From positions 640,001-704,000 of the forward strand of contig CAXXHB010000002.1 in NCBI GenBank assembly GCA_963664815.2: a DNA stretch of 64,000 bases, read 5' to 3'. The notes beneath the pieces are model-generated. The model had not been told where the DNA came from, ran no database searches, and worked only from the letters and a program-made list of their open reading frames with translations. Shown here one piece after another: positions 49,376 to 58,791 of the stretch. The DNA comes from Spirochaetota bacterium (GTDB taxonomy: Bacteria; Spirochaetota; UBA4802; UBA5550). The number at the start of each line of letters is the position of its first letter. Position 1 is the stretch's first letter. The position numbers and the translations under genes were made by a program.

Positions 49376-49950
49376 AATGAATTTATAATTTCATTTTTTA
49401 ACGAGAGAAGTTCATTTTTCCTTTCAGGCTGACTGACAGCATTCAGGGCTATCTGTTCAAGAATTCTGAGTATATCAAATTCAGCAATATACATGTGTAT
49501 TTTTGAGTCAACTTCTTCCGCAGCGTTCAGTAATATTGAAAGATCAAGTTTTGAAGATACCAGATTATTCAAAATAAGAAAGCTTTCTCTGGATAGAGTA
49601 AGTTCGGTATTTAAAAATTTTTTCTTTTTAACTCTACCGTGAAGAGACTGCAGGTAAACCGGACTTTTTCTCCAGTTTTGTATAACTCCTTCGCTTCCGC
49701 ATTCCGGACACAGCCATCTTAATTCATTTGGAATATCAGTTATTTTAATTTTTAAAACGGATTTACAATTATTTCCTCTGTTTAAATCACAGCATTTTGC
49801 TGTAGAATTTCCTGTAATTCCTCTATTCAGATTTAAAGCGGAATTAATCAATATTTCGGTCCCGGAAAGTAACTCAGTCTCGATGGTTGAGAGTTCTTTT
49901 TTAAGATTCCCGAATCGTGTAAAATGATCAATGTTTATTATAATTCCCAT
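49348..49950 (-). CDS. Hypothetical protein with putative zinc ribbon
   Basis: CC...C and WLCPECGSEGVIQNW. Confidence 0.65.
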   Translation of the reverse strand: MGIIINIDHFTRFGNLKKELSTIETELLSGTEILINSALNLNRGITGNSTAKCCDLNRGNNCKSVLKIKITDIPNELRWLCPECGSEGVIQNWRKSPVYLQSLHGRVKKKKFLNTELTLSRESFLILNNLVSSKLDLSILLNAAEEVDSKIHMYIAEFDILRILEQIALNAVSQPERKNELLSLKNEIINSFYSADKTFN

Positions 49951-50075
49951 TAATCAAACGGGTAATATTTGATACTTTTCCTGTCATCAAATTTATGACA
50001 AAAAATAAAAAAAATAAAAAAAGACCGGCGATATACCGGTCCTGGATGAAAGATAAGTTGTTTAATGAATATATG

Positions 50076-51545
50076 TTACAGCCATTTTCTTGCTTTAGCT
50101 TCAAATTTAAGCTGATCCCTGAAATCGGGATGAGCAATGCTTATAAGAGCTTTTGCTCTATCCATAATACTCTTGTACCTGAGATATGCTACTCCAAATT
50201 CGGTAACTATATATTCAACATCATTTCTCGAAGTAGTTACAATTGTATTTTCAGGAAATGTCGGCATAATTTTACTGTGGAGATTTCCCTCTTTATCTGT
50301 AAATGTAGAGTTAATAGCCAGAATATTTTTACCGTTTTTAGCAAATTTTGCGCCCCATATAAACTGTACCTGTCCCCCTGTACCGCTGTACTGTTTAGGG
50401 CCTATAGACTCGGATGCAACCTGGCCGGTAAGGTCGAGCATAAGTGCGTTATTAATTGCGACAAGGTTATCATTTTTTGCAATATTTAACGGGTTGTTTA
50501 TATCTCCTATAAGGTTAAACTCAAAGTCTTCATTGTTTTCCACGTAATCATAAAAATCTCTTGTCCCGACGCAGAAGCCGGCCACAACTTTTCTCCCTTT
50601 GTGAAAATTTCTTTTTGATCCGTTTATTACACCGGCTTCGATAAGAGTCTTCATTGCAGGTGTTGCTACCTCGGAATAAATACTCAGATCTCTCTTGTTT
50701 ACAAGGTTGTATCCTATGGCGTTGGGAAGTCCGCCAAAACCGAGCTGTACGGTTGAACCGTCCGGGATCATATCGGCGATATACTCTGCCATGATTTTTT
50801 CGGCGTCTGATATTTCGATATTCGGCACTTCAAAAATAGGCTCGTGGTGTTCAATTATCCTGTCTACCTCTGAAACATGGATTTTAAAATCCGGGGCAAC
50901 AAGTCTCGGCATGAATCTGTTTACTTCAACAATCACATAATCTGCATTACGGATTGTTTCAAGATCAAGAAAAGATGCGAAGTTTGATCTGCACATAAAT
51001 CCGTTTTCATCGGGTGGGGTAACTCTTGCAACGGCAATATTAATGCTTGATGCATGTATATAGTCTGCAGTTTCGCCAAGATGTATTGGAACATACTGGC
51101 ATACTCCCCATTCCATGCATATACGTTCCATCGGCCCCACGAATACAGTTTCCAGATAGAAGCTCTCATGGTTTTCCGGTTTCATATAATCAAAAAGGCC
51201 CATGGCGTATCCCATGCTTATACCGACGTTTTTTATTTTTCCCGCACGCCTGCTCAGGGCACGTGAGAACTCGTATGGTACGCTTGTTCCGCCGCTCATC
51301 GCAATTCTGTCATTGGATTTAATAAGATCTGCTGCATCTTCAGCGCTGCAAAGTTTGGAATTATATTCCTCTTTCCAGTTCTCATAACTACGTGGAGTTC
51401 TGAGCTTTTTAACGACATTTCCTTCAATACTATACATATTCATATCTCCATAGATTGTTTTTAAATATCCGGATATATTTTTATTACCGGAATACTCCAT
51501 TGTTGCTGGTATAATGTGAAAACGGAGTAGTAAATAGTTGGTCAC
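50076..51545 (-). CDS. Acetyl-CoA hydrolase/transferase; real start probably near 51444
   Basis: TVQLGFGG, YSEV, QYSGTGGQ and LISIAHPDFR; close paralog of 13200-14561. Confidence 0.92.
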   Translation of the reverse strand: MTNYLLLRFHIIPATMEYSGNKNISGYLKTIYGDMNMYSIEGNVVKKLRTPRSYENWKEEYNSKLCSAEDAADLIKSNDRIAMSGGTSVPYEFSRALSRRAGKIKNVGISMGYAMGLFDYMKPENHESFYLETVFVGPMERICMEWGVCQYVPIHLGETADYIHASSINIAVARVTPPDENGFMCRSNFASFLDLETIRNADYVIVEVNRFMPRLVAPDFKIHVSEVDRIIEHHEPIFEVPNIEISDAEKIMAEYIADMIPDGSTVQLGFGGLPNAIGYNLVNKRDLSIYSEVATPAMKTLIEAGVINGSKRNFHKGRKVVAGFCVGTRDFYDYVENNEDFEFNLIGDINNPLNIAKNDNLVAINNALMLDLTGQVASESIGPKQYSGTGGQVQFIWGAKFAKNGKNILAINSTFTDKEGNLHSKIMPTFPENTIVTTSRNDVEYIVTEFGVAYLRYKSIMDRAKALISIAHPDFRDQLKFEAKARKWL

Positions 51546-51712
51546 ATAAAAGTAATATCATACTTTTACAGGCTTATAATACCGGATAGGTTATTTTAAT
51601 ACAATTCAGAGATGTGTTCTTTTTAAGTAGTGTATAGTGAATTAATGTATAGAGTCATATGCTATTGTTTCTATCGTATAATGTGTAAAGGTTATGTACT
51701 GGAAAACATACA

Positions 51713-52381
51713 TCAATTCTGGCTCCATTGCATAGCATATCTGTTCAGTTCTGTGTTGTTCTGTAGATTCAGTTTTTCTTTGATTCTTTCCCTGTATGTC
51801 GAAATTGTATTTGTACTGACAGTGAGAACTTCGGCTATAGATCTGTTTGTCATCCCCTTTCCAATAAGGTTGAATACTTCGAATTCTCTTTCACTCAGAC
51901 GCTCTACGGGAGATGAAGTGAAATTCTGGCCGCCGGTTATTGATCTTTCAAGAAAATGATCTATCATAGTGTCGCAGATATATATTTTACCCTGAAGAAC
52001 TCTTCGGATTGCTTCAATAACTTTGCTAGTGGCCTCCCTTTTGGTCATATATCCCTTTGCACCGGCTTTGAGTACCCTGTCTGCGAAAATTAATTCTTCG
52101 TGCATAGACAGGATGAGGACTGGAAGAGCCGGATACGTTTTTTTCAATTCCTTTGTAAGTTCAATCCCGCAGCTGTCATTCAGGGTAATGTCAACTATGA
52201 CAAGATCAGCCGGGTTGTCTTTCAGGTATTTAAGACATTCCGGTGAATTTTCACATCCACCAACTACAATCATGTCATCTTCTTTGTTAATAAGTTGTGA
52301 TATTCCATCTCTGAATATGGGATGATCTTCAACTATAAATATCCGCTGTTTCCGGTTTACCTTTAATGAACCTTCCGCCAT
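51713..52381 (-). CDS. NarL/LuxR-family response regulator
   Basis: VEDHPIFRDG receiver domain and LSEREFEVF...GMTNRSIA HTH. Confidence 0.94.
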   Translation of the reverse strand: MAEGSLKVNRKQRIFIVEDHPIFRDGISQLINKEDDMIVVGGCENSPECLKYLKDNPADLVIVDITLNDSCGIELTKELKKTYPALPVLILSMHEELIFADRVLKAGAKGYMTKREATSKVIEAIRRVLQGKIYICDTMIDHFLERSITGGQNFTSSPVERLSEREFEVFNLIGKGMTNRSIAEVLTVSTNTISTYRERIKEKLNLQNNTELNRYAMQWSQN

Positions 52382-54593
52382 AAGATATCCTCCCTTCTGA
52401 TTTTAAAATATTGATTGGAATTTTTACGCATATTGTTGTTCCGGACGGCTTATTTCTGTGAATTGAAAATGCTCCATCTATTATCTCCGCCCTGTACTTC
52501 ATTATTTTAAGTCCCATTCCTCCGCTCTTTTCATTAAGATTTTCTTTTATTTTTTTTATGCCCGAACCGTTATCCTCAATTGTGAGTATAAGACTGTCCG
52601 AAGTGCGTTTAAGAGTTATTGTAATAAGAGAACCGCCGGAATATTTCGCAGAATTAATTGTAGCCTCCTGGGCTATATAGTACAGGTTGGTTGCAAGTGT
52701 TATATCTTCAATTATTATAGATTCATCGTAGGTAAATTTGCATTCAATTCCATAGAGACTGCGGACCAGTTTAATGAGATTCATGAGCGGTGTCTGTATA
52801 CCGGAAGATTCGAGATCTATAGGGCAAAGTCCACGGGCAAGTCTGTGTGTTTTTGTAATTGCCTTGTTTATTAATGCAGTTATTTTTTCTGCATCATCCG
52901 ATTCCGGGATCTGTCTGTTTTTCAGGTTTATGAATAATACCTGAGATAGTGCTTCTATGCCGATAAGGTGAGGATTAAGATCATCGTGGAGATCTCGGCT
53001 TACCTGCTGACGTATCCGTTCAGATATAAGAATTATTTCTCTTTCAAGCTGCTTTCGTTCTGTGATATCCCTTGCAACAACAAGCATGCCGTAATTCTCA
53101 TTGTCAAGTTTGATAGGGCTTGAAATTGTTTCAAGCTGTATCATTTCACCGAGGAAATTGGAGACCTCAATACGGGTTTTATAGTTTTTAAAACTACCGT
53201 TACTTTCACCACTCAGTGCTGATGGCGTAAGGTATTCGCTGCCGGGAAATAAAATGTCAGTTACGTTTATTTTATTTTTTGATTCTTTTTTTATACCGAA
53301 TGTTTCATAACCGGAATTATTAAGATATGTAACTACACCTTTTTCATCATATACGATAATTATGTCTTTGGCATTTTCAGCAAGCAGCCTGTATTTTTCT
53401 TCACTGGCCATTAATGCGTCCTGTGCATTTTTTGTTTCTGTAACATCGTTGAAGAAAAGGAGAACAGCCGGTTTATCTCCCCACATTGTAAGGACGGAAT
53501 TGATCTGGAACCATCGTTCATTTTTTCCGGTATCGATAATTTTAACAGGGGAAATTGTATTTGATTCTGTATCGTCAAGTCTGTGGCAGTATTCATTTTT
53601 TACAATTTCAGTAAAATCGGGATGAACAAGCTTGTAGAATTTTTTATTTATAATATATTTTTCAGAGTAACCTGTGATTTCGCAAAGCATTGGATTCACA
53701 TAACGGACCATCTCATCCTGGATAATTGCTATTGCCTCTTTGGTGTTTTCAACAAGCAGCCTATAGGTTTGCTGCGCTGCGGCAAGAATTTCTTCAGCTT
53801 TTTTTATTTCGGTTAAATCAATAATAGATGCGACGTTTTTTTTTGTACCTGGAATTTTTGTAATGGTCATAAATGCATTATGATAATTTCTGAATTTATC
53901 AATGAGTCTGAATTCAAAATTTATCGGTGAATCATTATTATCTGTGTGGATATTGCGATGTGTATTCAGCATCCACAGATCGTCCGGAGAAATAAATTCA
54001 GTCCATTTCTTTTTTCCCTCAATTTCATACCGTTTGAAACCGGTTATTTTTTCGCATTCTCCATTAATGAGCGAGATTGTTTTATCCTCTTCAAGAAATA
54101 ACATGGCGGTACCGGTTGATTCAAAAATTATTTTATAATCTTTATCAGAAGATTTTATCCTTTCCTCTGTTTTCCTCCTTTTTGAGATATCCCTGATAAA
54201 TGCCTGGACACCATTCTTCCCGTTAAAATTAAAATAAGTTGAGGATATTTCAATATCAATTATATCTCCTTCAAGCGTAATTATTTTATCTTCAGTTGAT
54301 ATATAGCTTTTTCTGTTGTTGATGATCAGATTAACAGCACGTTTTAAAGATTTCTGACTTTCGGGGGGGATAAAATCCCATATAATTTTTCCAAGTATTT
54401 CATCTGCATCTGAAGCTTTCAATAATTTAAGGCCGGCATTGTTTGCAAAAATAATTTTTTCGTCAACATGAACAAATATAGCGTCGGGAGATGAAAATAC
54501 CATGTCCCGATAATTTATTACGGTAAGTTCCGAATTACTGCCTGTTATTTTTTCCGGTTTAATTTCTGATGGTAATTCTATAATCTTATCCAA
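52329..54593 (-). CDS. Multi-PAS sensor histidine kinase (HisKA_3)
   Basis: Four PAS-like repeats, RDLHDDL H-box, QEATINSAKY, EDNGSG and GMGL. Confidence 0.92.
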   Translation of the reverse strand: MDKIIELPSEIKPEKITGSNSELTVINYRDMVFSSPDAIFVHVDEKIIFANNAGLKLLKASDADEILGKIIWDFIPPESQKSLKRAVNLIINNRKSYISTEDKIITLEGDIIDIEISSTYFNFNGKNGVQAFIRDISKRRKTEERIKSSDKDYKIIFESTGTAMLFLEEDKTISLINGECEKITGFKRYEIEGKKKWTEFISPDDLWMLNTHRNIHTDNNDSPINFEFRLIDKFRNYHNAFMTITKIPGTKKNVASIIDLTEIKKAEEILAAAQQTYRLLVENTKEAIAIIQDEMVRYVNPMLCEITGYSEKYIINKKFYKLVHPDFTEIVKNEYCHRLDDTESNTISPVKIIDTGKNERWFQINSVLTMWGDKPAVLLFFNDVTETKNAQDALMASEEKYRLLAENAKDIIIVYDEKGVVTYLNNSGYETFGIKKESKNKINVTDILFPGSEYLTPSALSGESNGSFKNYKTRIEVSNFLGEMIQLETISSPIKLDNENYGMLVVARDITERKQLEREIILISERIRQQVSRDLHDDLNPHLIGIEALSQVLFINLKNRQIPESDDAEKITALINKAITKTHRLARGLCPIDLESSGIQTPLMNLIKLVRSLYGIECKFTYDESIIIEDITLATNLYYIAQEATINSAKYSGGSLITITLKRTSDSLILTIEDNGSGIKKIKENLNEKSGGMGLKIMKYRAEIIDGAFSIHRNKPSGTTICVKIPINILKSEGRISYGGRFIKGKPETADIYS

Positions 54594-55021
54594 CTGTGTT
54601 AATCCTTTAAAATGGCTGATTTTTATCAGTAATAATTACAGAACAGACAATTTAGAGTAAAAAAGAAAGATGCTGTTTCCCCGGCAAATCGCAGGACAGT
54701 AATTTATAGAATATTTTTTCATATATTTAAATAACAAATACTGTTTTTAATAGAATCTATTATATAACGAAGTATATATTAGTCAAGCTAATGTTTTATT
54801 ATTAATTAAAAGATTTAAATAAATAAAAATAATGTAAATATGGCATATTAAAAGCAAATGTTCGTAAATTCGTAGTTATATTAAGATTAAAAATAAAAAT
54901 TTTAAGTGCCTGTAAATTTAGTAGAAGAAATATAATTTTTAGTTGTCAAATTTGACATATCAAAGTATAAAAAAGTGCATGCTAATAAAATAATAACAGG
55001 CTAATGTTATAAGGAGATTTT

Positions 55022-56632
55022 ATGGATATAAAAAATCTTTATCCGGAAGATCATCAGATTCCGCAAGAGCAGAACATTGAATACATTGTACAAAAGGAGT
55101 ATCTGATTAATGGAGAACTGCAAATATGGGGGGGAGAATTCCATCAGGTACTTTCACCGGTTTATATAAAAACAAATGGCGATCTCGTACAAAAGAAGCT
55201 TGGAGAATACCCAATGCTGACTGAGAAGGAGGCGGAGGAGGCTGTCAATGCAGCGGAGAGGGCTTTTGATTCCGGACGTGGATTATGGCCTACAATGAGT
55301 GTTGCCCAGAGGATTAAGCATATGGAGAAGTTCATTATGCTTATGAAAGAGAAGAAGGATGAAGTCGTGAAGCTTATCATGTGGGAGATTGGTAAATCGT
55401 GGAAGGATTCGGTCAAGGAATTTGACAGGACAGTTCAGTATATAATTGATACAATTAATGCTGTTAAAGATCTGGACAGAAAAAGTTCAAGATTTGAAAT
55501 GGAAGAAGGAGTAATCGGGCAGATAAGACGGGCTCCGCTTGGTGTTGTGCTCTGCATGGGTCCGTTTAATTATCCTCTTAACGAAACATTTGCGACTCTT
55601 ATACCTGCCATAATTACAGGGAACACGGTTGTTTTTAAGCCGCCGAAGTTTGGAGTACTGCTTCACCGGCCTCTTCTTGAAGCTTTCAGATCTTCTTTCC
55701 CGAAAGGGGTGGTAAATACTATTTATGGTGACGGGGCAAGAATTATTCAGCCTGTAATGAATTCAGGAAAAGTAAATGTTCTTGCTTTTATCGGTACAAG
55801 CTATGTTGCGGATCTGCTGAAGAAGGCTCATCCCAAACCTCACCGGTTGCGATCAGTGCTTGGTCTGGAAGCCAAGAATACAGCAATAATACTTTCAGAT
55901 GCAATGCTTGATGTAACTATCAGTGAAGTAATTGCCGGAGCCCTCTCCTTTAACGGACAGAGGTGTACAGCACTTAAAATGATTTTTGTACACAGAAAAA
56001 TCATGCCGGAATTTATGAGAACGCTCAATGAGGCTATTGACAGGCTTAAACTTGGGATGCCCTGGGAAAAAGATGTGGATATTACACCTCTTCCAGAAGA
56101 GGGTAAATGCGAATATCTTGCCGGGCTTGTAGATGATGCCATATCGAATGGAGCTAAAGTGGTCAATAAAGATGGAGGTATTTTCTACGGGAACTTTTAC
56201 AAACCTGCGGTTGTTTTTCCAGTTACTTCAGAAATGAGACTTTATCATGAGGAGCAGTTCGGCCCGGTAATTCCAGTTGCGCCATTTGATGATATTGAAG
56301 AACCTTTAAAGTATATTATTGAATCGAACTATGGTCAGCAGGTTAGTGTCTTCGGTCAGAATCCGGACAGGATTGCAAACCTCATTGATCCGCTGGTAAA
56401 TCAGGTAGCGAGGGTTAACATTAACTGTCAGTGTCAGAGAGGGCCTGACGTATTTCCTTTTACCGGCAGAAAGGATTCTGCGGAGGGAACACTTTCAGTT
56501 TCAGATGCGCTGAGAGTTTTTTCACTAAGGTCGCTTGTTGCTGCTAAAGAAAACAGCGTGAACAAAGAGATAATCACCGATATTGTGAGAAACAATAAAT
56601 CCAATTTTTTATCGACAGATTTCATCTTTTAA
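55022..56632 (+). CDS. gapN: NADP-dependent non-phosphorylating glyceraldehyde-3-phosphate dehydrogenase (ALDH family)
   Basis: GPFNYPLNET, LGLEAKN, FNGQRCTA, EEQFGP and QRGPDVFPFTGRKDS. Confidence 0.88.
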   Translation: MDIKNLYPEDHQIPQEQNIEYIVQKEYLINGELQIWGGEFHQVLSPVYIKTNGDLVQKKLGEYPMLTEKEAEEAVNAAERAFDSGRGLWPTMSVAQRIKHMEKFIMLMKEKKDEVVKLIMWEIGKSWKDSVKEFDRTVQYIIDTINAVKDLDRKSSRFEMEEGVIGQIRRAPLGVVLCMGPFNYPLNETFATLIPAIITGNTVVFKPPKFGVLLHRPLLEAFRSSFPKGVVNTIYGDGARIIQPVMNSGKVNVLAFIGTSYVADLLKKAHPKPHRLRSVLGLEAKNTAIILSDAMLDVTISEVIAGALSFNGQRCTALKMIFVHRKIMPEFMRTLNEAIDRLKLGMPWEKDVDITPLPEEGKCEYLAGLVDDAISNGAKVVNKDGGIFYGNFYKPAVVFPVTSEMRLYHEEQFGPVIPVAPFDDIEEPLKYIIESNYGQQVSVFGQNPDRIANLIDPLVNQVARVNINCQCQRGPDVFPFTGRKDSAEGTLSVSDALRVFSLRSLVAAKENSVNKEIITDIVRNNKSNFLSTDFIF

Positions 56633-56693
56633 TTAAAGACGCAATGCCTTAATCCTTACGATATCGTTAATAAAGTCATGTATTCTGATATAT

Positions 56694-56724
56694 ATTCCTT
56701 CCCCTGAAGAAAGGGGAAAGGAAT
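56694..56724. terminator. Hairpin between the convergent gapN and hypothetical genes
   Basis: ATTCCTTCCCCT...AGGGGAAAGGAAT. Confidence 0.6.
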
Positions 56725-56810
56725 GCTTGTTGATCTTAAAATCCTAATATATACACGAAACGGATTTAAAATAAATCTATTTTCAGGCGTTTACAAGTTT
56801 TTGATGTTTT

Positions 56811-57656
56811 CTATATAATAATATTTCTTACAGAGGGTATGGTAATACCATAGACTATTGATGTCAATCGATCAATAGTCTTAACCATTGTGCGGGCTTC
56901 TTCAAGGGGTACGAGAGGGGGCTGAATTTTTTTCATCATCATAAATTCCATATTATAAGAGCTAAGTAAGCGCGAAAATTCTTCAGATTCAGCAACCATG
57001 CTTTCGTAAAAATATTTTTTTTCCGAGATAATCTGATAAGGACTCTTTTCAGTAAAGTTAAGCAACCTGGCAGAGATATTGATCAGATAATAAAGTTCAT
57101 CATTGGAAATGTCTTTAAGTTCACGACAGTTTAGTATCAGGTCATTTATAAAAAGTGAACTCTCTGTTCCGGTTATAAATCTTTTTTTTCTGAGGCAGGC
57201 TCTTATACTTAACAAAACAGTATCTTTTTCCGGATTTTCTATGGAAGTAATGTTACAGAATGATATATCGAGGTGAAGTCGCTGGAGTATCCGCCTGTGA
57301 CAGAATAGAGAATCATTTTCTGAGAGAAAAATTTTTCTGTCAGAAAAAATCAGAAAACTTTTATCCGGAAAAGATGTGAATGTATTTTCAATGCTTGTAA
57401 TTTCGTTGAGCTTTAAACCTGATGCAGGGATCAGTGATTCTATCTCCTCTCTTAATTTAAAGTCCGGATATGAGACAAGATCGAGAATTGCACCTCCGTC
57501 ATCACCATTGTCAATTAAACATGAAATTTCATCAGCGTTTTCTGTACCATATGATGATTTTATGAAATGAAGTGTATCAATATCAGGTACAATCCCCGAG
57601 GATATATAATTCTTAATCAGAAGAGAAATTATTTCGGTATATCGTGGTTTCATCAT
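56811..57656 (-). CDS. Hypothetical protein
   Basis: 281-aa ORF overlapping the stop of the upstream gene (ATGA). Confidence 0.7.
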   Translation of the reverse strand: MMKPRYTEIISLLIKNYISSGIVPDIDTLHFIKSSYGTENADEISCLIDNGDDGGAILDLVSYPDFKLREEIESLIPASGLKLNEITSIENTFTSFPDKSFLIFSDRKIFLSENDSLFCHRRILQRLHLDISFCNITSIENPEKDTVLLSIRACLRKKRFITGTESSLFINDLILNCRELKDISNDELYYLINISARLLNFTEKSPYQIISEKKYFYESMVAESEEFSRLLSSYNMEFMMMKKIQPPLVPLEEARTMVKTIDRLTSIVYGITIPSVRNIII

Positions 57657-58483
57657 AAAGTCAAAGTCATCTGAAGGTATGTAGTGGAATCAGTTTTTTT
57701 TAGGAGGGGTTTTTCCTCAAACGTTTTTTTATCGTATGTGTTGAAATCCCTCCGGTATCCGGCCCTGAATCCCAGAGCCCCTGCGAGTTTTTTGTAAAAA
57801 TATATATCCTGTATTGTCCTGTAATTATTTTTATCATTCATCGAGGGTATATAATACGCGTAATATCGTATTGTAAAATCATCATCGAAAGGGAAAAGTT
57901 CGGCTCTCCCACGGATAGACCACTTCCAATGTTTTTCAGCTGTTTGTTCTTCATACTTTTCATACTGAAGAATTGGTGCACCGCTCAGATCTATAAGTAG
58001 ATATTTGTTTCTGATAAAATAAAATTTAGCGCCCGCTCCTGTACCATTCCGATGTGAGAGCAATGTAATTTTATTATAGTCTGACATTGTGTATGAAAAG
58101 AATTCGATTCTCCAGAATAAAAAATAATCAAAATTCAGAGTTCCTGTCCCTTTGTTCTCATTGACAATACCTGCATATTTCCCGTAGGAGCCAACATAGT
58201 TCAGTTTTAACACAGTGTGATTATCATCGTACTTAATAAAACTGCTGTACATCGTGTTCAGGGAGTCTGTATTACCTTCTTTTTTTGTGTATCCCCCTGA
58301 GATGTTTAGTGACCATTTTTTTTCATCATCCCCTTTCCTGGCAGGTTTTTCGTAATTGAACAGGTCAGTAAGTTTAAATGAATCTTTATCTTCACTGGTG
58401 GTTTCTGTATCTGCAAAGAGTGCAACGTTTAACAATGTCAGTAAAAACAGAGTTATAATATAAAATTTTCCAAAAAAATTCAT
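57653..58483 (-). CDS. DUF481 family outer-membrane beta-barrel protein
   Basis: Signal peptide, W...ISGGYTKKEGNTDS, KKTDSTTYLQMTLTL. Confidence 0.78.
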   Translation of the reverse strand: MNFFGKFYIITLFLLTLLNVALFADTETTSEDKDSFKLTDLFNYEKPARKGDDEKKWSLNISGGYTKKEGNTDSLNTMYSSFIKYDDNHTVLKLNYVGSYGKYAGIVNENKGTGTLNFDYFLFWRIEFFSYTMSDYNKITLLSHRNGTGAGAKFYFIRNKYLLIDLSGAPILQYEKYEEQTAEKHWKWSIRGRAELFPFDDDFTIRYYAYYIPSMNDKNNYRTIQDIYFYKKLAGALGFRAGYRRDFNTYDKKTFEEKPLLKKTDSTTYLQMTLTL

Positions 58484-58791
58484 AAGAATATATCCCCTGT
58501 AAATATAATTGTATGTTTTGTATGTTTGTTTTTTGCAGCCTTATTTGCTCTATTATCTCAGCTGATGGATATAATATAATAAATATCAGAATATTTGTTG
58601 AAACAGTTCAACTAAATTTTCCGTTTTTATATTTTTTACTAAATAATATTTATATTTCTCATTGTATAATGAAATTACCGGAATTTAACACGTATTAGTT
58701 TTATCAATTGTAAAAAATCAAAATTTATTGACACTGAATTAAACGGTTCATTAATGAGATAAAAACGAAAAAATCAAACCGGAGTTATAGA

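Noticed and set aside
49995-50489. 164-aa + strand ORF, and the many other antisense or nested ORFs in the track (e.g. 24-572, 24636-25142, 28262-28810)
   Set aside because: Shadow frames of well-supported genes on the opposite strand.
58513-58698. Short ORF upstream of valS, and a similar one at 63601-63810
   Set aside because: AT-rich promoter regions with no RBS or homology cues.
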